64,000 nt of DNA from Saccostrea cucullata (taxonomy: Eukaryota), in the NCBI RefSeq assembly GCF_032062105.1, contig NW_026936832.1, forward strand, positions 1-64,000. The letters run 5' to 3'. A program made the position numbers and the translations under genes. The notes under the pieces are model-generated. The model worked only from the letters and a program-made list of their open reading frames with translations. It did not search any database and was not told the origin of the DNA. Positions 36,901 to 51,932 of the stretch are shown here, one piece after another. Every line of letters begins with the position of its first letter. Position 1 is the first letter of the stretch.

Positions 36901-39900
36901 ATATAGGTATCTCCTTGATATCCATGAAATAATAATTTAAATATATCAAAATTTCTCCTTTTTAAAATCAAAATACAAGAAAAAATTAAAAGATAATAAA
37001 TGTAAACAATTTTAAAATAAACTACATGTATTTGTGAAAGATTTTAATTTTAGTAGATTACTAAACTGGTCTTATCATTCCTACTAAATTAACAACCTTA
37101 CAATTTCCAAGTGTCATGTTTTAAACTGTTACAGTAGATATAATTATACATTTTACTTGCAGCTTTATATGTACAAAACTCATCAGTTTTCAGAAATACT
37201 TATTTGAGCATATTAGGTCCTGGTAAGAACAAAATTTAATGAATAAAAATATTAATCTTAATTGTTCATGTATTAATTTCTTTGCAATTTTACAAACCCT
37301 TTTAAGAAACTTGTTGCAGGTAGGTATAGAAAAAAGTAACCTTCAATTAATACCTATATGATGTATACATTTATTTTACTGAAAACAAATTCAAAGATGG
37401 ACAAACAGAGCATGCACTGCAATCATCACATACACATATTTTCTAAATATATGGGAAATATCATGTATATACTAGATAGGATGTTTTTAAATATCTATAA
37501 TCTATAGACATATAAAAATATGCATTGGTATAACACGTCAGAAGTTCTTCTCCAAATCTCCATTGATTTTGCTATGTCTGGTCTAACATCTTGGCTTGAT
37601 CCATCCAACTTTCTTTAATATTCTTGAGCTGATATGGGATGACCTCTACTTTGATTGATGGCACAAATCTTTTAAGGAAACACTGAAGTGCTTTTTTTGG
37701 TTCTTATCTATTTCAATTAATGGCCCGTGATCTGAAATCATATATGTGTTCATTTTTTCAATAACATTTAAGGAGTTGCATAAGGAATTGCACTGAGTTT
37801 CATTCACTCAATGAAATGAATAAATTTCCAATATAATCAATGAAGAATCAATATGAAATTATTGAAAAAATTTATAGATTGAATTAGTGAAATGCAAATG
37901 CTTGAACCAGAAAATTAATGTTCTTGTCATGCACAATCTGTATCTCTTTTTTATTAATTAGAAAATGAGATATTAATTAAAATCAAACCTCATTTAAAAA
38001 GGTAACTTGAACAATTGAATACCTGTTCCAGTAATGTTATAGATATTATGCCTAAAAAGCAAGGATTTTATTTTTCATAATTTCTTGAATGAATGCATTT
38101 TTATTTTTTTGGCAATGTTGGGATATTAGTCACATCCTGACATCATTGTACCGTTTATTATTCGTTTTTAAATCCGTAGTCAGTAAATCATTCATAACTT
38201 TCAGTAAAATGAAGAGTTAAATAATTACCTGAGGAAAATACTATCAACAATCAAACTGTCAACATCATCATTGGACATGGCCAAATGCACCGTGACTTTT
38301 CTTCCCTGTTCGGACTGCACATAGCATAATAGGTCTGCTTTACAGGATACTCTCAGGTCTTTTCTTTTTTTCTTTCCCATTCTCACTTAAAATTTAAGTG
38401 TAGTGGTGAAGCGAGAAACACACAACAGCACAATGCGTCAATGACTTTCTTCTGATCGGAATAGCCGTGTAACTTGCCACGTTCCGTATCGAAAATAAAC
38501 AAGTCCTCCTTTATTGGTTCATCCACATTCATCACGCTAATCTCAAAGGCTTCTAAGATTCCTATGCTTTGATTTGTTATAAGACCTTCTCCTAAAAACG
38601 TCCTTTGTTTTTACTCCTAACAATAACTAAGTGACAACAAACATCAAGTATGACAGAGGAAATTCGTTACCGAGATGCTTAGCATCGCTGGTTTAAATTC
38701 GCCTGTTTCAAACGCTTTGGTGATTCGCAAGAGTTATCTCCCTGTAAACGCAAACCTTACCTTAATTTCCAATGGTTTTTCTGGTCATCAAATAGAAAAT
38801 ATATTGAAATATATTGAAACATCAGCTGTATCAGTGATAAAGGGTTTTTAAAAAATATATACAGGGTAATGAAATAAAGAAAATTTTCCGCCTGTTACAG
38901 ATTTTGGATATGATGAATCCGGAAACGTAGTATACGATAATACAAGAGGAGTTCACAGGGGGAAATATAAAGGATTGAAAAGAGAATCAGGAGAATTTGG
39001 GAAAAGAATTTTAGGATTGTTTGCAGGATCCAGAAGACTAGAAGGAATAGGAAGATAATATGGAGGATCCAGCGCTCGAGCTGCGATTCGCCATTTGCGC
39101 CAATTGCGAATTTTTTTCAGAAGTGGCGGAAAAAAATTGAGAAGTGGCGAAAATGATTTTTGCAATAAAATGTATGTAAAATGTGTCTTGTGTTTTCATT
39201 TTTTACCTGAGGCTGTTTGTTTATTCAATCAGACTGTTATCACAGTCATGACACGTGCGACCGGAAATTTCTCGTCGCTTCAATGAACACACTGTGTACA
39301 GGTAAACTAGTAGAGACAATAGCATGAATAACCCCGGGCAAAATTACCGAGTGTTGTATATTGATTGAAAGCTGTGGTCAATTAATTGGCAATCAAATTC
39401 TCACCCACGCAGTACAGTTAAGGCAACATTTTCTATAAAAAGTCACCGAAAAAGATATAATTAATGTTTAACTATTTTATTTTTCAGCAAGACACTCTAT
39501 AGTCTAGTCAAATTATCAAATTTTCCATCAAAATGTGAACTAATTGCAACAGTTTCAAAACTTAGTTTTAATCAATCTATGATATGATCTGAATATATAA
39601 CAAAAAGTTTAGAAAAATTTATACATGGGAAAATTGAAAAATTGAGGTCATTATTGGGACGTATTGTGTTCACTCTGATTAAGTGTTAAACGAACAATGT
39701 AAAGTAGAAACTTCTATACTGGTTTAAAAAAAAACATGTAAGTAGGGAAATAAACTTAACTGAATAAACTGAATTGGAAAAATATTAAATTTTGGTTACT
39801 ATATGTGTTGGTTGCCATGGAAACAGTATAAATTGAGAATGTCACCTACTTTTGAACAATGAACCTTTACAAACACGAATACAGTCACTACATTAGTTTA

Positions 39901-41361
39901 CACACATACTCAAAATGCATTCTTTTGCCATACATGCTTCAAAGAAATTATTTAGAAGATTTCTGTAAATAGGTAGTAACGTACATGGATACATTATAAA
40001 TGAATTTTACATGAAAAACTTCGGTATTTAGCAATGCTAAGTATAGCACGAATATACTCAATCACCAAAAGAAACAATAAACATGTTTTAATTCATATGA
40101 AAAGTAATATCCAAAAATAATTAGGAGCAGATTTAGAGGGGTCAGGGGACATCCCCCAATAAGAATTTTTTTTATGAAAAAGTAGCAGAAAATGCCCCCT
40201 CCCCCCAAAAAAACCCGTATCCCTCCTGTAACTGAAAGGTTTTCCCCGTATATGAAGAAAATTGTGGGAAGATCTCATAGAACCCCATTCCTCCCTGAAA
40301 TACATTGATGTTTTTATTCTGGATTAGGTAGGTTGTTATTTTTTTTTGTCAAAAAATATTCTGAAATCTGAAATTTTTTTTACGCACAGCAAAGCTGTTC
40401 CCCATAGATTACATTGTAGTTGTGTTGTCCACCCTTCAGAAAATTTTCTTTCAACATGTGACACCATGGCAGTTTTGAGTCCCTGCAATATGATTGTTTG
40501 GTAACTTGTATAAAATGCTCAGAAATAAAAAAAAAATATTCTGTTTAAATCAGTATCATATAATGCTTGTACACTATAATGAGTATGATGGTTCTTGCTT
40601 GATCAGAACTTGAACCCACCCCCCACCTGGGTACCCTACAGGGTATTTCTTGTCATGAGTTTAATAAAAATGCTATCTTACTCATATCAAGTGGCTCAAT
40701 GCATTTTTTTTACCCTCCACATAATGAAACCATGCCCTCCGGTGTGATAGGAACATAGCAACATTTAATGTTGCTTCATGGATGGTGATATTCCAAAAAT
40801 ATTTGAAGTTTTTTTTTCAGTGTAACCCTCAACTACATTCAATAATATGAAGATAAGACACGTTTTAGGATAAAATCTGAAATTGTTATCCCTTGAAAAT
40901 GATCATTGTTGACCAAGATGTAGCCGAATCAACAGTAATTAAATTGAATTGCGTACAAAATATCGTGAAATGTGCGCGCAAAGGCCCTGTGCAGTTAATA
41001 ATTATTATATTTTTACCCTTCTTAAATCTTAATGTATTTCAAACCGTTGCTATGTAATGTTACTATAAGAGGGTGGGGGCAATTGAAAGCACACAGTAGA
41101 TTATTTTATTCTTATTGATAAAAAAAAAATCTAAGGTCAAATTAAAGCACTTATACAAGTGGAATGAAGTAAAAGAAAGCAAGCCAGGTATTTGTTTCAA
41201 GGAAGAATTAAATGTTAAACTCTTGGTAGATACTGGTAGTCAATTTTTACTTGTTCAAATTCATATGTAAAAGTATTATTAATGTTTGTTATATTTTCCC
41301 CAAATATTTTTATCCTAACAGTAATAGAAATTATAAGACTTTGGTTTTGATCTAGGAATTC

Positions 41362-41645
41362 ACCCGCATGGTGCAGTGGTTAGAGCATCTGCTCTACAGT
41401 TGCGAAGTAAGGAGTCGATCCTTACGTCGCGGGTTCGAATCCCACTGTGGGATGTGGAGACCGGTCGGATAAGACCGTATAAACCGAGGTCCCGTGTCGC
41501 AGCAGGCACTGGCACGCAAAAGATCCCTCACTGCTTAATGGCCCTAAGTGCTGAGTATAGAACAAAATGTGCAGCTCTCCACCGGCAAGTAGTGGCATCT
41601 CCATATGCATGAAAAATTCTTGAGAGGGACGTTAAACAATATACA
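41362..41645 (+). mobile_element. V-domain SINE nested in the hAT element
   Basis: A box TGGTGCAGTGG, B box GGTTCGAATCC, and the same body as the 25166 copy. Confidence 0.87.
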
Positions 41646-43934
41646 ATTACAGTAGAAAGATTCATGTCCATCTATTCTTTTTTCAATGTTGCTCTTATTA
41701 AGAAGTGACTTTGAAAGTGTTCCAGATTGTTCACATTCTAAAGCATGCTCATGGAAACGCCGTTATCACCAGTCCCCATAAAATGGAGCTTCAGTAAGTG
41801 CCGCATCAGGCATTTTACTGTTGCAAAAATGACCATATGATGATCAGATCTACAAGAAGTTAAGTTTTTAAAAATGTGTTTAAAATATTTTGTTAAAAAG
41901 TTACATTAAAAAATTTTAAAAAGAGCATTTAAGCATTTAATTCTGTCTAAACGATTCCATTTGAATTATTTCCATTACTATAAACAAAATGCAGCTTTTC
42001 CACATGTATAGATGCATGGTGCAGTCTTTATAGAGAAAAAGGTCAATATCAATTAGCTTTTTATATAAGGTTCGCTACTCTTTACAAAAGCAATAAGCAG
42101 TAAATTTGGAGAGCAAAAAAATTGTTTGAATCACACAGTTCAAATTTAAGTTCCGGAGATACCTGAATGAAATTAAATATTTGATTTGTTTAACTTCAAA
42201 TCAAATCCTGTTCATGAGATTCCATAAATTCTGTACTCTTTATTTCAAAATGATAAATTTCTATAAAGAACTCTAAGTGGTATATTGCATATATTTGCCC
42301 CCACAAAAGTCAAATTTTGAAAACTTCCTGAAATGTGCTGAATTCAATAAATTGTATGGGAAATATAAATTAACAGAAAATATTGTAGTGTCAAAGCAGT
42401 GTATTAACAATTTTTGTTTTTATGATGTCACAAAGTAGTCCGATTTTATATCCTTTTTTCAGAAAGAGGACAAAATGGACAAAATTTCAACAGTTTTAGC
42501 TTTAAAATTTATAGAGCGCAAGTTTGTTCAGGAACAATATTGACATATTTCATTGATATTATCATTCTACACATTATATCAAAATATTGATCCTGAACAC
42601 ACATGCGCTCGGTGACTTTTACTCAAAATATCGACGAAATATGTACATTTTTCTGTAAAATTCATAAAAAACTGAAATTTACGTCATGTTTGTAACGTCA
42701 TTACGTACATACAGCGTCATTACTTAAGAAAATATTCAGTGCTTTGAAGTCAGCATATACTCCCCTGTTTAAGTACTTAATTAAATATATCTCCATCAAA
42801 GTTTGATTTGGGTGGCAATAATGGTTATTACCGAATAAAGTTCTTTTCTAGATATTTAATCAAAATATATTCTGTGATGATGCAATTGTAACAACTCTGA
42901 TATAAATTGTACATGTACTTGTCTGATAAGCTTCCTTGCAGAATTCTTTAGAAAAGGCTTTTTTGACTTATTTTGTACACAAACTGTGTTCCATACATTT
43001 TTTGTTCCTGTATAAATTCCAAAACTACTGGGGTATAAATGTCCATCAGGTGTTTACTAATAAAATGAAAGTAAACACATTCACATTTAGGAATTCCACA
43101 TACAATATTGTGAATACAAACAGCGTTCCATACTGAATGGTAATTGCAACCATTATATATGTGTAGATGATATTTGGCCGGTGTGGAAGTCAATACTTCA
43201 CTTCTTTGGGAAAAAAAATATATAATTTTTTTGATTTAGTTTTGATTGCATAACAAACTACAGGTTAAAATAACAACCTTTAATGCTAATTGGCTATTGT
43301 TTTCAGGCTGTCTGTCATAGAAAGCTCATATAGAAAAAGTACGGTGTGCAAATGGGTAATTCTAAATTCATATTCATCCCTAATTTTAATCTTTCGATTT
43401 CCCAACTTTCCCCTGAGTGAATTTTTCTAAACTTTTTATATGTGAGTTACTAATAACTTATCTATAAATCTGCATTAAAATATATACTGTTGCAATTAGT
43501 TCTCATTTTTCAGTAGAATGACTAGACTACTAGTTAAAATAGCTTTATGTTATCTTGAAGAGTATGTCCATCGCTATTCACCTCGGAATTTTTGTGATCA
43601 TGTGACCCTCTAAAGTCACGTGGGCTCCGATTTTAGGTCAACAAATGAAATGTTAAATTTAACCAAAAAGTTCAAGGGCAAGGCAAACAAACAAAAAACT
43701 TTACAGTGCTTTAAATTGTCCCTATGTATCTATACTTTCGCAAAAGTGATGCTCATTCAGTTGGTTTTCCGATACATTTAAGTTATTCACCTAAAACAGT
43801 CAGTAGTATATCAAAAATATTTTTAAAAAGTTGCAAACCTCTCAAAATAACTATTCTTTACACAGAACTTTTACATCTCTGAGGAGATAATATAATCAAG
43901 CATGGAAACAATTAAAATCAAATTTTTATTCATC

Positions 43935-46161
43935 TCTTGCTGATAAAGTCAGTGATAGTACTAACAATACAAAAAAGTTCTGGCGAAATTTTGACAATTA
44001 TAAAATTAAACAGCATGAAAGCACTTCAGCTATTAAAATGGAGGATTGGGTGAATCATTTTTCAACATTACTAACATCCAAAGAAGATAATCCTTTTGGA
44101 AGTTACTTAGATAATACCTATTTAGATGAGAAATCGCCCTTAGATTTCCCTTTCACCTGTAAAGAAGTAAAGATAGGAATTAAAAATTTAAAAAATGGAA
44201 AAAGTTGTGGACCTGACTTAATTTTGAATGAGTTTATAAAAACAAGTTCTAATATTCTCCTTCCAACATTGGTAAAAGTATCTAATAAAATTCTTAATAC
44301 TGGTAAGATACCACAAGCATGGAATCAGTCATTTATTATGGTTCTTCATGAATCAGGTGATCCAAATAATTGTAACAATTACAGGGGTTTGAGTGTAAAT
44401 AGTTGTTTAGGAAAATTATTTAGTGGACTACTGCAAACAAGATTGTCAGATTATCTAGAAAGTAATTCTCTTCTAAGCCCTTTCCAGTCTGGCTTTAGAA
44501 AGCAGCGTCGTACAACTGATAATATATTTGTTTTAAAAACATTAATTAACAAATATGTTTTCTGCAAAAAAACAGAATTATATGCTTGCTTTGTTGATTT
44601 TAAAAAAGCATTCGATACTGTGTGGAGACCTGGTCTTCTTCATAAGCTTTTAAATAAAGGTATTGGAGGTAATTTCTATAGAATTATTGAACATGTATAT
44701 TCTACTACTGTGTGTGCTGTTAAACAATCAAATGTTCATACTGATTTTTTTCCTACAAATCGTGGAGTAAAACAGGGAGATAATTTGAGTCCAACACTTT
44801 TTAACATTTTTATTGATGATTTTACAAAATATTTAGATTCTTCGAAAACATGCCCTGTTCAATTGAACGACATTAACTCTAACAGCTTATTTTTTGCAGA
44901 TGATTTATTACTTGTATCTGAATCAGTAGATGGGCTACAACAATGTCTTGATTCACTGGAAAGATATTGTTGTGAATGGAAGCTAGAAGTAAATACACAA
45001 AAAACTAATGCTATGGTATTTTCTAGTAAAAAACTTAAAAAACTGAGTTGTAAAACAATGAAGTTTAAAGAAGATGTTATTGATTTTGTTGATGAATATA
45101 TGCATGCGAGAATTTAGCAGGTAGAGCAAGGAAAGCATATTTTATGATCAAATCAAAACTACCAAACAATGTTAGTCTCTCAGGAAAGGTTCAGCTTAAG
45201 ATATATGAATCATGCATTATACCAATTTTAACTTATGCTTCTGAAATATGGATAAGTGATTTTAAGAATATTACAAAAGACTTTGATAAAACTCCATTTG
45301 AAAAAATTCAAAATTTCATCTTGAAAGACATTTTAGGGGCCCATAATAAAGCTTCTAATTTAGCAGTTAGAGTAGAGTTTGGTGCACTTCCCATTATTTT
45401 CAGAGTTTATAAATTATTATTTAGATATTATTATAGATTTAAAAAACTTGTTGCAGATCAAGAGAATTCAAACTTACTTTTACAACATGCATATTTAGAG
45501 GATGAAAAACTTGCAGGAAGTGGGAAAACATGTTGGCATAACTGTATACAAACTATACTTGATGAAGTTATTGGTTCAAATGCTAATACATTATCAATAA
45601 ATGATTTTGAAAATAATTTGAAAAAATATTTTGAGAACATAGTTTTTAAGGATATAATAAATATCAGAGAAAAGGGTAATGGCAAATTATCATTCTACAG
45701 CCAGTTAATAAGTCAAGGGAATCTAAACAAACTTGAAATTCAACCATACTTAAATTTTTCCATTTCCAAGAATCTTCGTTCTTTTTTGACTCTATTGAGA
45801 ATAAGTGCTCACAAATTACAGGTAGAGGTTGGCAGATAATGTAACCCAATTATACCAAGAGATGAAAGATTTTGTATTAATTGTAAAAATGTCGTTGAAG
45901 ATGAACATAATTTTTTATTTGTATGTCCTCTATAAAAACAACTAAGAAGTGAATTTTGTACACTTTTTAATAAAACCTGTATATCTTATGAAATTTTTAA
46001 TCCAGCAGATGTTAATTCTACAAGGAATATTTGTAAATTCATACGTGATGCGTGTAATATAAGAAAATCTATGTGACTATATATTTTATATTTGTTTACT
46101 GTATGTATGACTTGCGCCACATGTGGTTTTTGTCAAATTGAATAAATAAATAAATAAATAA
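43935..46161 (+). mobile_element. 5'-truncated non-LTR retrotransposon (RTE-X-like) nested in the hAT element
   Basis: RT motifs NYRGL, FVDFKKAFD, GVKQGDNLSPTLF and FADD; C-terminal RISAHKL.VEVGR...C..C...EDEH...C; (AATA)n tail at 46140-46161. Confidence 0.88.
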
Positions 46162-49100
46162 AATAGGGTATTTTCCTAATATCAACGGAAATTATAAATT
46201 ACCTAAAGGATTACAAAGAAATGAGCATCACATTTTGAAAACTATGCAGTAAAATGAATAATTTAAAATAAAAACCTACTTATTAGACCTTATTAGATTG
46301 TTGCCTTGCCCTTGCCCTTGAACTTTTTGATTAAAAATTGACATCTTGGTACAGTCAGTCTAAATATAGTTTTCAAACGCATCGTTGACCCAGCATGGGA
46401 GATAATAGTACTTGATAAAGTTTGTTTACCTCGTAGATTTAACTAGGCCTATATACTTGCAGACTGCGCTGGGATCTTTTTACTAAATCGAACAGTATGC
46501 ATAAAACACTTGATATTACTTTCTATTTTGTGACTTCGTTCTTTATACAATGTATGAATTATGTACTTGTATGTTATAAGACGTCTTTCAGACCTTCTGC
46601 ATTTCCGGAATTTCCTCGAATATGTGTAAATACACATGCAGCTACATGTAGGTGTAAAATTTGCCGCAGCATGTAATCTAAAACGCCGATTGTTAATAAA
46701 AATGGTAATATTCAATAATAATAATTAATTGATAGCCTCAATCAATAATTAATTCGATAACTATACCCCTCTGTCACTACTGTACATACACTTGTGTACA
46801 AATATTTTTTTCGCATACAAAATTCTATCATGGCTTTCTTTCAAAACTTCAACTCCTATGGGATTTAAGTTGTACGTGTTACAATCTAATTAAAATTAGA
46901 TCTTTGATCCGCTCCAGTATTATCGCTACACACATTTTATTCAAAAAGAGGGGGGGGGGGGGTTAGATCTCAAAAAGGTTGAAAATAAATATGTCCCAGA
47001 CTGGATAAAAAATAAATAATCTGCCCAAGACCAGTTTTCCCCCTCCTATTAATTATTATTTTTAGCTTGTCAGACATTTTTCAATAAATATATAAATAAT
47101 TTGTCCTTCATCTTATTGGAAATAAATATTTGTAGACCTGTCCTTCATTGACATGAAAAGAAATAAAAAAAATAATGACTTGGGAAAACTTGCCAACCCC
47201 CCCCCCTCCTTTCACAATAAAATGGTGGTTCAATTTCCTGTTTTGAATCAATTAGGGGAGCCTTTAATCTCCTTTTTAGTTACTATTATTAACAAATAAA
47301 ACAAATAAACACAATGTACACGCTTGAAATAAAATCTTGATCATGGACATTGACACCCACCACACAAATATATGCAAGTCAAGATTATCAAATCTTAATA
47401 GCCTTTTCAAAACCTGTACAGTAAGTACATGTATATGAAAAAGTCAAATCATTTTTTATGAAGAAATTTTATTTCATTAACAGCTTTTCAAATTAAGGTA
47501 GACTGTACAAGGGATACTGAGCAGCTGCAAATTATTTCCTTCACTTCTAATTCTTGTGGATGAAATCAATTCTGAAAATACATGTATGAGAAAATCAGGA
47601 TATACATGTATTAACATACCATTATTGAGAGTAAATTGGTGTTTAAAATTGAATTAAATTCAGAACAGTGCATGGAAACATGCACAAACATTGGATGCAT
47701 AATTAAATGTTTGCAATTCTATTGTTATATTTTATTGTTTGCCAGGAATATTGCATGGTAATTTGGTTTATAGCTAATATGGAGCATACCATTTTCCTTT
47801 AGTTACATGATGGATTAACTTGCTGCCTGAATGAATCCATTGTTCCAATTCTTTAGGAATAGCTGCAACACATTATATATGCTATTGCTATGAGATATTC
47901 TAAATAAAATACATTGTATAATAAAATCACATTACATTTGACAAAACAATTCATGATATAAATGTATACTGTAGTGAATTTATGATATTAAAATTATATT
48001 AAAATGTAAATGGAAACAAAGTTGTGTTACAAAACTTTTCTGGGAAATTAAAACCTCTGACATTTACAAGAACAAATATTTAGAATATGAAAAAAACATT
48101 CTTTCATCTTTACCAAAATGAAAAATAAATCTAATCATGCACACGTGCATGGTTTAAAAAATGTGAAATGCTTTTTAAGTGTACATACCCTGTGGAGAAA
48201 TGGATGCATTTTGTATTTATTCATTCTTCAAGCCTTGAACTCTTGACTGCTACAGTAATAAAAGTATTATATATCATATAATTAAAAAAAAATTACATGT
48301 ATGTATAAATTAAAGAAATTAATTGACTTGACATGAAATCAAACTAAAAAAATAAATATTTTATTCCCCATTAATTTAGAAATTCTATGAATTTAAAACT
48401 ATAGATCTAAAGTGGAGGTTCTTTGTTTTCACATAATGATACAATTTTTTTTTACATTATGTAGCATGTTTGTATGTCAAAAAGACAACAGCATTACAGT
48501 AAATTTTTGTCAACTCATTGACTGCAACAATGAAATTTCAAATTTAATTTAGTTTAAGTTTGTATTACTGTTGAACCCCCTTATTATACATGTTGTCTCA
48601 AAGAAAATAAGCTAATCGACTCTATATTTACTTCATTTACATTTTTAAATTTCTAGTAAAAAATGTGATCAACTTTATGTGGGCTGTTATGAGGGGGGGG
48701 GGGGGCACACAAACTGCACTGCATTAGTTTTTCACTGACTGTAATACATCTAAATAAACACGTACATACTCGCGATCGCCTTTTTTTCTTCGATGTTAAC
48801 AAAAGCATATCTACATATTGTACATACATGTGCATACATACCTGGGCTGAATGCACTGCAGTGATGGATCTAGAGAGCTAGTGCAGATCGTCTCAGTCTT
48901 CTATCATCTTCTTTAATAATGTCCTCATATTCTCGTATTAGGGATAAACAATGCCTTGTCTCTTATCTTATCCCTATTTTCTTTAATGAATGTCTGGTTA
49001 TTGCATTAAAATTCAACTGCATATCTCAGCTGATGTCGCCACGTTTTTAGATGTAAACAACATTCCGTGTCATCGAGTGCAAGCGCTTGGCTGAAGCCGA

Positions 49101-49460
49101 ATGCAGCCAAACGGCACATAAGAAAGAGAATTATTTTAAAAACATGCTATTCTGTATAGGAGAAAATCGCTAATAATTATTTATTTAAATATTATCCTGA
49201 TTACTGCATAGGCATCGATTATGTTGATGTGCTGTTTATTTACGTCCAAGCTTGTTGTTGATAAAAACATTTTAATTGAGATGTGTTTGTCTTTACTTAA
49301 GATGCAGCGAATATTTTATAAACAATAAGTCGGTAGCTATTGATATGTACATAGCAATTTACATTAATAATTTTCTTTGAAGTTTAGTACGTACCAGTAT
49401 AAAAAGGCCATGCCAATTCTACTCGATACCCCATTATTTTTTGGCATTTGGCTTGTCAAA

Positions 49461-51932
49461 ATGGGGAAACGCAAACTTTTAGATTCTGACTCCAGTCAGT
49501 CTAAAATTCAGAAATTGTCCATGTTTGGCTTTACTTCCAATTCGGGGTCTGATCATTCAACCCCAGCCTTTCAAACTTCGCCAACAGTCCCAAGTCCAAA
49601 ACCTTCTACACCAAAACGTAAATTTAACGTCAGTTGGAAATTAAATAGGGACTGGTTAAGATATGATTCCAAATTGGGCATGATGTTTTGTGACATCTGT
49701 ATTTCGGCCAATGTACGAAATGTTTTTACTGAGGGTACAAGCATTATGAAGAAAGAAAACGTAGTCAAGCATGAGAAGGGAAAAGGTGCTTATCTTCTAA
49801 TAGTAAAATAAATTGTAATTTTTAAATAATAAAGATTTTTTTTAATTCTACATATATAATTTACCACAATTTTTAAAAGATTTTTTTCCCTATATTCTAC
49901 ATATATAATTTAGAATCAAAGGATAAATAAATAATTTAAAAAAAACAACAACACAATAAACCTTATTCGACGTAAAATACTAATTTTTTTCTTTTCTATT
50001 AATTAGGTGACAATAGTCACTCTGCAGCTCTACAAAAGTCCAAATCTGCTGAAAACATGGAAACTGTCAGACAAAATGCCCTCTCCAAGAGTAAATCTGC
50101 AATTATATCTGCCTTCGAAACACCTACTTTGCTGCATCAAATGACCTGCCCAATTCCATGGTTCCCAGACTAAACAATTTATGCATATCCCAGGTAGTAA
50201 TTAATTCCATCATCATTTTCTTTCAAAAATTAAAATTAAATTTGTATCAATCTGAATCTTAAATCAAAATCTATTTAAGGTCTACTTAAATAAAAAAAAA
50301 TAATTTTTTGTTTATTATTTTTAGGGTAGTTCTCAGCTTAAAGATCTCAATGTTGATTCCCATACAACATGTGAGAGTAACAGCAGTGTTCAGGAGTTTC
50401 AGCAGTCGTTGTCCGATGTGATTCTTGATAGGCTCGTAGATAGGGTTAGGGGTAGCTCTGTATTCATTGTAATGTTAGACGAGTCTACAGATGTCTCAGT
50501 TCACCAGAATCTCATAGTATATGTTAGGTTTTTAGAACAGATAGGTAGTAGGGTAGTTCCATCTGTAGACTTTCTAGGCATTAGGCAGTTGTCAGTTGCA
50601 AATGCAGAGGCAATTTCTTCAGAGTTGATAGGTTTGCTTAAGGATAAGGGATTAGACTTGGATAGGTTAGCTGGTGTTTCAACAGATGGGGCTTCTGTGA
50701 TGGTAGGGTGTAAGAGTGGAGTAGTTACTAGGCTTAGAGAAATGTATCCAGGTATCTTAGCAACCCATTGTATAGCACATAGGTTAGCACTTGCATGTGG
50801 GGAGGCAGCTGATAAGGTCACTTACTTAGTTAAGTTTCAGGCAGTTCTGAATGATTTGTATAAGTATTTTGAGAGATGTCCTAAGAACATGGCTAGGTTA
50901 GAGAAGGTTCAAGGAATCTTAGATTGTAGCAGGGGCACTAGGCTCAAGCAAGTTTCCCACACTAGGTGGTTAAGTTTTGAGGGTAGTGTTCAGGCAGTAG
51001 TAGACAATTATCAGAGTGTAGTTGCAGTCATGTTAGAGGAAAGTTCTGCTAAGGCATTAGCTCTCCACAAGCCCATTTCTTGTTACAAGTTTCTGTATGT
51101 TGCACACTTCTTAGCTGACGCTTTGAAGCCATTAGCTGTGTTGTCAAGGTCATATCAAAGGTCAGATCTAGATTTCACTGAGGTCAATTGCCTTCTGCAT
51201 TCAACTGTCAAGGTCTTGGACAATTTGATTAGCAACCCTGGTGGTAACTTGTCTGCCTTTCTGCAGCATGTTCCATCTGAGCCAACTCTTGATGAATCAG
51301 GTCTTTACACATTTGAGTTTCAAGGTCACATAGTAAGGGATAGTCTAGTACAAAGGTCAGAGGCAGTTAGGGCATGTAGCACTTTTATAGAGGGTGTTAA
51401 GGCTAGTTTGCAGTCTAGGTTTACTGATAGGGGTGATGCTTTGGTTTTGTCAGCTTTGAGTAGGTTTTTTGATCCTCAGACAGTTGTTGATAGGACTCCT
51501 CCTTCTGAGGACATAGATATCATAGCAAACCATCTTTCAGTATGTAAGGTAGCCAAGGTCAGAGATTGTAAGGATGAGTTACGGAATTTTGTAGAGTTCT
51601 GCAGGGCTAAGGTAGACTCAAATTCTAGGGTAGGGTCTAGCAGCTTAGATATTTGTCAGGTAGCATTTAGGGCTAGGGCAATGTTTCCCATCGTGGCAGC
51701 TGCTGCTGAACGCCTGCTCACTGCTCCTGTCAGCACTGCAGACTGTGAACGAGGTTTCAGCCGGCAGAACCTAATCAAGACCGATGTGAGAAACTCCCAG
51801 TAAATTTCCACACTTGAAAACCTTATGAGACTTTCCATCTCCAGCAAATCAGAGGAAATGGACTATGAGGAAGCCTTCCAAAAATGGAGTCGCACCAAAT
51901 CCAGGAGGATTTTCTCTGTGAACTTTCAGTGA
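49461..51932 (+). pseudogene. hAT transposase (TTF-type zinc finger, ZNF862-like), three exons: 49461-49785, 50007-50193, 50325-51932
   Basis: F..SW...RDWL.Y....MFCDIC; LDESTD; STDGASVMVG; HCIAHRLAL; TRWLS; CERGFS. GT-AG introns with compatible phases; 1-nt frameshift at ~50116 and TAA at 51801. Confidence 0.88.

Noticed and set aside
37500-38400. Possible degraded minus-strand exons
   Set aside because: Splice-like sites are present, but no continuous reading frame or recognisable motif could be built.
49461-51932. Domesticated host gene (ZNF862-like)
   Set aside because: Enclosed by hAT termini with an 8-bp TSD, and carries a frameshift and a premature stop.
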